A DNA stretch of 64,000 nt. Source: Vulcanimicrobiota bacterium. GTDB lineage: Bacteria > Vulcanimicrobiota > Vulcanimicrobiia > Vulcanimicrobiales > Vulcanimicrobiaceae. The notes beneath the pieces are model-generated. The model worked only from the letters and a program-made list of their open reading frames with translations. It did no database searches and was not told where the DNA came from. This document shows positions 56,386 through 64,000 of this stretch, in pieces. Position 1 is the first letter of the stretch. Every line of letters starts with the position of its first letter. The stretch spans positions 1-64,000 of the forward strand of contig CAWHWQ010000005.1 of assembly GCA_963833095.1 (NCBI GenBank). Reading direction: 5' to 3'. A program made the translations under genes and the position numbers.

Positions 56386-57242
56386 GCTGCACTTTCATCC
56401 CAGAGCCGTACGAAGGCGGCGATGTTGCGATCGATCACTTCGTCAAGATCGGCGCGCCAGATCGAGTCCGGCAGCGATTCATCCGAGAATATTTCTAAGA
56501 CGTAGGGGCCCGCATAGCCCGCTTCGCGGGATGCTTTTATAATCGCGGCGTTGGCGATCGTCCCGTCGCCCAGACTTATGCGATCGGCTCTCGATCGGGG
56601 CCGGTGCCAATCGCTCACCTGCACCAGGAAAATGCGCTCGCCGGACGCTTGGATGACCTCGTACAGGTTCGGCGTTTGGAAAATGTTCCACGTGTCCAAG
56701 CAGATGCCGAGCGCAGGATGATCGACGCGCCGCACCAGTTCGAGCGCCTGGTCCAAGCCCCACAGCGCCGTGTCGGTATTGAAAAGCACCGGGTTGAGCG
56801 GCTCGTAGGCCATGCGCACACCCCGTTCGGCAGCAAAGTTCGCCAAGTCGGCAAACGCCGTCAGCGCTTTGTCGTACACCATGCGGGTGTTCCCGCCGGG
56901 CGCCGCGCCGGTTATCACGACGAAGGGGACCTGCGCGGGCACGTGCGGCGCAATACGCTCGATGGCTGACTTCATGTGCCGGATTCGGTCGTCCGGATCG
57001 GACGGAGACGGTGCCAAGCTATCCGGAAAAAGCGAATGCACCGTCGACTGCACCGAACTCACCCCCAGCCCGGATCGCGCGATGCTTCGAAGTTGCGGAC
57101 GGTAATCGTCTCGGTTCAGTTTGAACTCGCAGACTTCGATCGTGTCGACGCCGTGAGCCGCATACCGCTCGACGTCTCGCTCGAAGGACCACGGCCACGT
57201 GGTAAATTCGCTGATTCCGAAGCGATTGAGTTGGTCGTTCAT
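56382..57242 (-). CDS. sugar phosphate isomerase/epimerase (xylose isomerase-like TIM barrel)
   Basis: YEPLN, CLDTWN, VQVSD, GDGTI, GY.G...LEIFS. Confidence 0.85.
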   Translation of the reverse strand: MNDQLNRFGISEFTTWPWSFERDVERYAAHGVDTIEVCEFKLNRDDYRPQLRSIARSGLGVSSVQSTVHSLFPDSLAPSPSDPDDRIRHMKSAIERIAPHVPAQVPFVVITGAAPGGNTRMVYDKALTAFADLANFAAERGVRMAYEPLNPVLFNTDTALWGLDQALELVRRVDHPALGICLDTWNIFQTPNLYEVIQASGERIFLVQVSDWHRPRSRADRISLGDGTIANAAIIKASREAGYAGPYVLEIFSDESLPDSIWRADLDEVIDRNIAAFVRLWDESAA

Positions 57243-57244
57243 AA

Positions 57245-59662
57245 TCAGATCTCTTGACGAAGCTCGATTACGCAGAAGCCTTTTCCGCCGAGTTCGACGG
57301 CTATGCCGCGCCGAAGCGCTGCGCTTTCCAGAACCTTGCCGCTTACCCAAGCTCTTCGCAGGCTATTAAAGGCCTTGACCGAGTACGAGCCGCTCAGCGG
57401 AAGGTCCAGTGTTACCGCCGTCGCGAGCGTGTGTGCACTCGTGTTTCCGACGAACAGCACGATATCGTCGCCCTTTCGCAGCGCAATGCTCGCGACCGCG
57501 TCGCCGATCGTATGCACAAATCTCGACACGTCGGTTTCATATTCGATGCTCGTGGTCGAGCGATCGAACTGAAAATTCCCGTACATTTGAAGTTCGGGAA
57601 GCCGCGCGGCGAACCAGGTGAGGTTTTTGCCGCGAAAAGGTACGTTCGAGACGCCCATCCACTGCCACTCGGGTGCCAGGCTCGGGTTAACCGTTGGCGT
57701 ACCGCTCGAAATATCCAATCCCGCCGCACCTTCGATCGCCGCCCATAAGTAGCGCGGTGGAAACCAGGGCGAGAGCATCATGCCCTGATTGACGAGCGTT
57801 TCACCGTGAAGCCACTCCGAGAACTGACCCGGCACCGTGTTGTTGCGGCGCGGATCGCTCGAGTAATGCTCAAAGCTGGCGCCAAGCGAATGCGCCATGA
57901 GCGCTGGATTGAAGCGTGCTGCGGCAACGGCGTACCAAAAGCTCACTCCCACCCACACGCCGCCGAGTAATCCGTACCCATGCGTCGGCCCGTAGTTGAC
58001 GGCCGTCCGCGGCACCGTGCGAATCCCGGCGGCCGTCCAGAAATCTTCGTTGCTAAGGCGGGCGATGATCCGCGCGGCGACCTCGTCGTCGGCAACACCA
58101 AACATAACAGGGAAGACCATATCGGCCGTGCAGTCGCTGTGCTTGGATCCGTCTAAGGCGATGTTGAGGTAGTAGAGCTTCGTCGCCGGATCCAAGAGAT
58201 GCTCGTTGATCGCCTCGCGCAAGGATTCCGCGGATTTCTTGAACGCGGAAGCGTCGTCGTGTTTCTTGAGAACGCGTGCCATGTGCGAGATCGTTTGCAA
58301 CGCCGCGTAGCACTCAGAGTTGACCTCGGTCGTCGCGCCCGACAAGCGGTAATTCGCGATGACGTTGCGCCAGCCGACGATTCCCCAATCTGAGGTTCCC
58401 GTGGCCGTGCACCACACCAGCCCTTGTTTGTTGCGCTGCGAAAGGATATAGCGAGCCGCCTTGATCGCGCGCGGATACACGTGCTTGAGGAACGCTATGT
58501 CGCCGGAGACGTTGTAATGGTGCCACATGGCTAAGATCAGCAGCGGCGTGTTGTCGTTGATGTTCAGCTTGTAGTCCGCAGTTTTTCCGGTTCGGATATC
58601 GTAATATTCTACGACCATACCGGACCTTTCGAGGTGATCCGTATACCAAAGCAGCGAATCTCGACAGAACTCCGGAGTGATGTAGTCGGCGCCGTACGCG
58701 AACCACGCGGTGTCGCGTCCCACGCTATTATTCGAGCGTGTCGGATCGTTTACAAAGCACCACCCCGTCGGCGCAAGCGATTGCGTTCGCAGTATGTTCG
58801 CTTTCGCCCAGAGCACGCCACGGTTCACGTTCTCGTCCGGGCAGATCACGACGGCCCGGTCCAGGATCTCGTTGTAATAATCACGCGTTCGTTTCAGCGC
58901 CGCATCCGCGGGCGGACACTTGGCGTAGGTGCGCTGGGCTCCGGCTTTTCCATGATTCGAAAAGGACAGAATCAAGTGAAAACGCGCGAACTCGCCGGGC
59001 TTGAGTAGATGCAAGAAGTGCAGCGCGGCCATCGGATCGCCGTCCGATTCAACCGTCGTATCGCTCAACATACCGGGAGACGCAGGCCCGTTCTCGATAC
59101 CGTTCCCGGCCGTTACTTCGTAGCTCGTCGGCTCGACGTCCGAGCCGATTATCCGCGCGAGCGCTTCATTCTCTCGGTTCCAGGCCACGATCGCGCGATG
59201 CTTGCTGCTATACTTGCTGGCAATGCCGCGTGGCGTGTTGCCGCGCAGCTGCGCAAACGCGTACGTACTGATCTCCACCGTATCCTGGGTATCGTTGAAC
59301 AACTCGATATGATAGTAGCCGGCGGGAGGATCGACGTTCTTTCCGATGGGTTTTCCGCTCAAGACGAACAGGTCTTCATGCACGCGAACGCCGTTGGAAA
59401 GATGGAAGAGATGCTCTTGATGTTCAGGATGAATGCGGAACGTACCGGGCATCGCGGATAGCGGCGTTCCGGTGCGATGGTCCCGGTGGTTGAGCAGGAC
59501 GGTTCCGAACATCTCCAGACCAATATCGGTGGAGTAGAACTTTTCGATCGCGCCGGTCGCCTTGATGATCATCGTCGCTTTGGGCGAGCCGAGCGTGCTG
59601 CCGGCGGCCATCTGCGTATCGGAGACGTCGTACCGCGAGATTTTATCGTTGACGCCCGGCAC
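57245..59662 (-). CDS. six-hairpin glycoside hydrolase (amylo-alpha-1,6-glucosidase-like)
   Basis: GRDTAW, ND.TPL, EVN...YAAL, GIRT, GGVW, GQFSEW; 805 aa. Confidence 0.75.
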   Translation of the reverse strand: MPGVNDKISRYDVSDTQMAAGSTLGSPKATMIIKATGAIEKFYSTDIGLEMFGTVLLNHRDHRTGTPLSAMPGTFRIHPEHQEHLFHLSNGVRVHEDLFVLSGKPIGKNVDPPAGYYHIELFNDTQDTVEISTYAFAQLRGNTPRGIASKYSSKHRAIVAWNRENEALARIIGSDVEPTSYEVTAGNGIENGPASPGMLSDTTVESDGDPMAALHFLHLLKPGEFARFHLILSFSNHGKAGAQRTYAKCPPADAALKRTRDYYNEILDRAVVICPDENVNRGVLWAKANILRTQSLAPTGWCFVNDPTRSNNSVGRDTAWFAYGADYITPEFCRDSLLWYTDHLERSGMVVEYYDIRTGKTADYKLNINDNTPLLILAMWHHYNVSGDIAFLKHVYPRAIKAARYILSQRNKQGLVWCTATGTSDWGIVGWRNVIANYRLSGATTEVNSECYAALQTISHMARVLKKHDDASAFKKSAESLREAINEHLLDPATKLYYLNIALDGSKHSDCTADMVFPVMFGVADDEVAARIIARLSNEDFWTAAGIRTVPRTAVNYGPTHGYGLLGGVWVGVSFWYAVAAARFNPALMAHSLGASFEHYSSDPRRNNTVPGQFSEWLHGETLVNQGMMLSPWFPPRYLWAAIEGAAGLDISSGTPTVNPSLAPEWQWMGVSNVPFRGKNLTWFAARLPELQMYGNFQFDRSTTSIEYETDVSRFVHTIGDAVASIALRKGDDIVLFVGNTSAHTLATAVTLDLPLSGSYSVKAFNSLRRAWVSGKVLESAALRRGIAVELGGKGFCVIELRQEI

Positions 59663-59684
59663 GTGAGTGATCGAGCGGCACAGG

Positions 59685-60455
59685 CTAAAGACTTCCGGCT
59701 TGTTTGGTCATCCCGCCGTCGATCACGTACGAGGCGCCCGTAATATACGCGCCCGACGCAGAAGCAAGGAAAACGCACAGCCCGGCAATTTCTTCGGGCT
59801 TCGCCATTCGCCGCAACGGAATCTCCGAGAGCAGATCGGTGTACTCTTGGCGGTCGCTTTTGAGACCCGCGTCCATCGGCGTGTCGACGGCACCCGGGCA
59901 GACGTCGTTTACCGTGATTCCGTATTCGGCGAGTTCGAGCGCGATGGTTCGCATCAACATACGAACCCCGCCCTTCGACGCGCAATACGGCGCGTTCGTC
60001 GGCATCGCGAGCTCCTCGTGGATCGAAGAGATATTGATGATCCGGCCTCCGCGCTTTTGCTTGACCATTTGCTCGAGCGACGGCTTGCGAACAGAGCCAC
60101 GCGCCGGTGAGGTTGATTGCAATGACTTTGTTCCATACGTCGAGCGGAGTCTCGAGGAAAGGCTGTTTTTGCTCGATCCCTGCGTTGTTGATCAAGATGT
60201 CGACCCCGCCGAAGTGCTTTACCGCCTTTACGGTCAGCGCCGCGACCTCGTCTTCCTTGCTGATGTCGGCGGCCACGGCGTATGCCTTTCCGCCGAAATT
60301 TTGAATTTCGTCGACGACTTCTATCGCGGGCTGCTCGTCTCCGAAGTAGTCGACGATCACACTTGCGCCCTCGCGCGCGAGCGCGAGCGAGATCGCCTTA
60401 CCGATGCCGCTGTCGCCGCCGGTCACGATTGCGACCTTACCGGCATAGCTCGCAT
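59685..60455 (-). CDS. glucose 1-dehydrogenase-like SDR (frameshifted)
   Basis: TGGDSGIG and NNAGIE in one frame; ISSIHE, YCASKGG, IPLRR in another. Confidence 0.85.
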
Positions 60456-60470
60456 GCGCGTTCTCCTCCT

Positions 60471-61740
60471 CTACCGCGACTCGGGACTGACGACGGAAAC
60501 GCCAGCCCAAGGGTCCAATCGAGAGCGACACGAGTTTTACTGCGTAGCGCCGGGAAGCCGCCCCAAATAGTAGGTCCGCCAAATCAGCCAAGCGGCAAAG
60601 CCGGTGACCATCGCTCCTCCGGGAAGCTCGACGACGGCCTCGCGGTCGCCGAGCGAGGCCATCTGCCCAAGCTCCTGATAGGAGAAATTGGCGGTCGATC
60701 GCCCCTGCATCCGCGCTACGATATTGCGAGCCAGAACGGGCCTTCGCGCATCGCGATTTGCGCGAGCGGCGCGTAGGTGCCGCCTTTGGGCCTTGGGACG
60801 GCGGCGCAATCGCCCAGCGCCCAAACGTGCGGCGTCCCGGCCACGACGAAATCCGGTCCGGTCTCGATCGCACCGTGCTTGTTCGTCTTCAAACCGAGGA
60901 TTTCGGCGAGCGGCGACGGCTTTTCGCCGGCCGCCCAGATGACCGTGCCGCTCGCGATATGCTCGCCGCTTTTCAGCTCGACGCCGCGACCGTCGATCGC
61001 ACTTACCTCTTCGTTCAGGCGCAGCTCGGCGCCGCGTTTGCTTAAGCGCCGCTGCCGCGTACTTTCCAAATTTGTCGGGCAAGTGTCCGAGCAGACGCGC
61101 GCCGGACTCCAACACGACCAGCTCGACCTTTGCGCGATCGATGCTCGGGTAGTACTGCAAAATCGAGTGTAAGAATGCAAGCAGTTCGCCCGCGAGTTCG
61201 ACCCCGGTAAAGTTCCCTCCGACCACGACAAATCGCAGGAGACGATCCCGCGCGGCAAGTCGCTCGTCGTGGCCGCGGCCTCCAGCGCGCCGACGACCCG
61301 GCTGCGCACGATCTGCGCGTCCGCGATCGTCTTCAGCGGCACCGCAAACTTCTCGACGCCGGGTACGCCCATGGTCGAGTCGGTCGCACCAACTGCGAGC
61401 ACCAGCTCGTCGTATTCGACGAGCTTCGAATCGTGCGTCAACGGATGGCGCACGGTGACGGTGCGACGCGCCAGATCGACCCCGATCGCTTCTCCCAACT
61501 CGAAGCGCACCGATGCCGTCGGCACGTCGATGGCGCGCGGACTCGCGCAGCGGCTGCATGATGTCGTCGCGCGTCGATGGACCCGGCGGCGACCTCAGGA
61601 AGCATCGGCGTAAAGAGCATGAAGTTTTGCCGGCTCACCAGCGTGACGTCAACGGCGCCCTTGCCAATGCGTTCAAGTTCACGGGCCGTCGCAACGCCCG
61701 CAAACCCGCCGCCGAGAATGACGACTCGCTTCCGGGCCAT
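60471..61740 (-). CDS. type II NADH dehydrogenase-family FAD oxidoreductase (frameshifted)
   Basis: ILGGGFAG, FTPMLPEVA, VGGNFTGVELAGE, IWAAG, ALGDCA, GQMASLG; end approximate. Confidence 0.85.
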
Positions 61741-64000
61741 TAGCGGCGCCTTCCGAACAGTAGCGCGACCAGCGCTGCGGCGCCGGCGAGAGCCGCCAAC
61801 GCGAGGGTGCCGTGCACTGCGGCGCGCGCGGATTCCGCGCGGATCTGCGGCATAAAGCGAAGCTCGGGCAGACGGATCGTTGAGCTCCTTGTCCACGGTC
61901 GTCGAGCGCCATCTTCAACACCTGCGCGGGATGCATGCGCTTGCCGGCCCGTCGTCTGCGAAATCTGCTCGCGGCAACTGAATCCATCGGCCACGATGAT
62001 CGTGCGTGGATCGGCGGCGCGCACTTTCGGCAGCAGCGCCCGTTCGCCGATCGTCATCGACACGTCGTAATGCTCGGCATCGAATCCGAACGGCCCCGCC
62101 ATCCCGCAGCAGCCCGTGTCGGGCATTTCGTAGTCGAGTTCGAGCGCGTCGAACAGTTTGCTCTCGCCGGACGCGTCGAGGATCGATTTATGATGGCAAT
62201 GTTCTTGCACTAGCGCTTTGCGATGTAAGCGCGGCGGCGCGTACTCGGGCGCTTTCTTCGCGAGAAATTCGGTCAACAGAATAGGTCTGCTCTTTGAGCC
62301 GCTTCGCATCTTCGTCCGGCCCCAGCAGATTGGTCATTTCGTCGCGAAAGACCGAGACGCAACTGGGCTCGAGTCCGACCACGCAGATTCCGTCGCGAAT
62401 CTGCGGCCGAAGAGATTCCAAGATCTCTTGCAGCATGGTTTTGGCAAGATCGAGCATGCCGTAGTCGTATAGCGGTCGCCCGCAGCACAATTGCGCGGCC
62501 GGCACGATTACCTGGAAGCCGGCGTCTTCCAGAACCTCCACCGCGGCCTGGGCCGTCGTCGTGTGAAAGTGATTGTTCCAGGTGTCGGGCCATAAAATCA
62601 CCTGCGTGCTTGCCGACGTTGACGAAGCGGACGCTGCGCGAACCACGCGCGGAACGTCTGCGGCGCAAAGAGCGGAATCGAGCGCTCGGGCGCCATCGAT
62701 ACCAGCATCTTTGCGATATCGCGTAGTCCCGGGGTTTGCGTCAAGGCATTCACTACGCGAGGCGCAAGCGACGCGAGCCTCGCCCACCAATACATCAGGC
62801 CGAACGCGTATGCGGCGATCGGACGGCGTTTGTGTTCGTAGTAGTGCGAAAGAAACTCCGCCTTGTACGTCGCCATGTCGACGTTGACCGGGCATTCGCC
62901 CTTGCAGCCTTTGCACGATAGGCACAGGTCGAGCGCATCTTTCACGCCTTCATCTTGCCAGCCACGATCGATCGGATTGCCTTCGAGCATCTCGAAGAGC
63001 AAGCGCGCGCGCCCGCGCGTCGAGTAGGCTTCCTCTTTGGTGGCCATGTAGCTCGGGCACATCGTTCCGGCGTCGTGCTTGCGGCACTTTCCGGTTCCGA
63101 CGCATCGGTTTGCGGCAAACGCGAAGCTGCCGTGATCGTCTTCAAACTTGAAATGGGTTTTGGGTTCCCATGGCTCGATACTCGGTTCCCCAGCGCAAGT
63201 TTTGATCGAGCTTGTACGGATGCACGACCTTGCCGGGATTCATCTTGTGCTGCGGGTCCCAGATCGACTTGAACTCCCAGAATGCTTGCACCAGCTCGTC
63301 GCCATACATGATCGGCAACAACTCTCCACGAGCTTGACCGTCTCCGTGCTCACCGGAGAGCGAGCCGCCGTGCTCGACGCAGATGTGCGCCATCTTCGTG
63401 ACGAACTCGCGGTATTTCGCGATCCCGGCTGCCGTGAAAAGATCGAAATTGATGCTCACGTGAACGCAGGCTTGCCCGAAGTGTCCGTAGATCGAACCTT
63501 TGTAGCCGTACTCGTCGAGCATCGCCTGAAACTTGCGAATATAGTCGCCGAGACGCTTGGGATCGACGGCGGAGTCTTCCCAACCCGGATAGTAATCGGC
63601 TTGGTTCGGAATCTTCGAGGTCGCGCCCAACGCGTTATCGCGAAACCGCCAAAACCGCTCCTGCTGTTCGTGATCGTCGAAGAAGTTCACCGAAGGCGGA
63701 TCGGGTTGGCGTTTTGAACGCTTCGATCAGCCCGCGCGCACGATCGGCCGCCTCCTCCTTCGTGTCGCCGCCGAACTCGCAGATGAGCCAGCCCTCGCCC
63801 GGCGGAAACATCGCGCGGCCGCTTTCCGATTCGCCTTTGAGCTCTCATGTAACGGAACATCGAGGCCGCCATGCCTTCGAGCGCGATCGGTCCATGCACG
63901 TCGCAGAACGGCACGTGATCGGCCGCCGTGGCCAGATCGGGAAAGCCGAGGATCACGATAGCGCGGTGCGGCGGACTGTGGACCAATCGAACGGTCGCCT
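61740..64000 (-). CDS. FAD-binding Fe-S oxidoreductase (GlcD/YdiJ-like), partial, frameshifted
   Basis: GWEDSAV, YGHFG, SGEHGDG, MNPGK, CLSCKGCKGECP, CCGRP, HCHH, CCGMAG, GFSCREQ. Confidence 0.88.

Overview
GC-rich (roughly 60-65%) bacterial chromosomal window. Gene content and lineage-style secreted proteins suggest Eremiobacterota/Vulcanimicrobiota, but that is only a guess. Left to right: a partial PurP paralogue; a non-autonomous IS200/IS605 (TnpB) element inserted into the cydB stop codon; cydAB; an RND pump; a purine operon (purB, purC fused to a degenerate PurE, purL, purQ, long purS, archaeal-type purP); a membrane-anchored AAA+ protein lacking Walker A motifs; holA; mtnA; ribH and an XRE-HTH/RibBA fusion; an accessory islet (a cassette with inverted ends and 9-bp direct repeats, S9 peptidase, MarR-GNAT, VapBC); ribE; comF; a lysine (dap) operon; pcrA; glycosyltransferases; a LexA-boxed HNH nuclease ahead of tRNA-Gln and tRNA-Glu; an actinobacterial-type bcc-aa3 respiratory cluster behind SigB/SigF-like promoters; and a sugar/redox cluster. 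Frameshifts are dense at about 49.1-54.2 kb and 59.7-64 kb and are most likely sequencing errors. Best candidates for novelty: (1) the HTH-RibBA fusion with a palindromic operator on its own -35, a possible autoregulating riboflavin enzyme; (2) the transposase-less cassette abutting a second, mirror-image end; (3) the SOS-boxed HNH/tRNA module; (4) the protein-silent IS insertion. All calls come from reading the sequence by eye; no searches were run.
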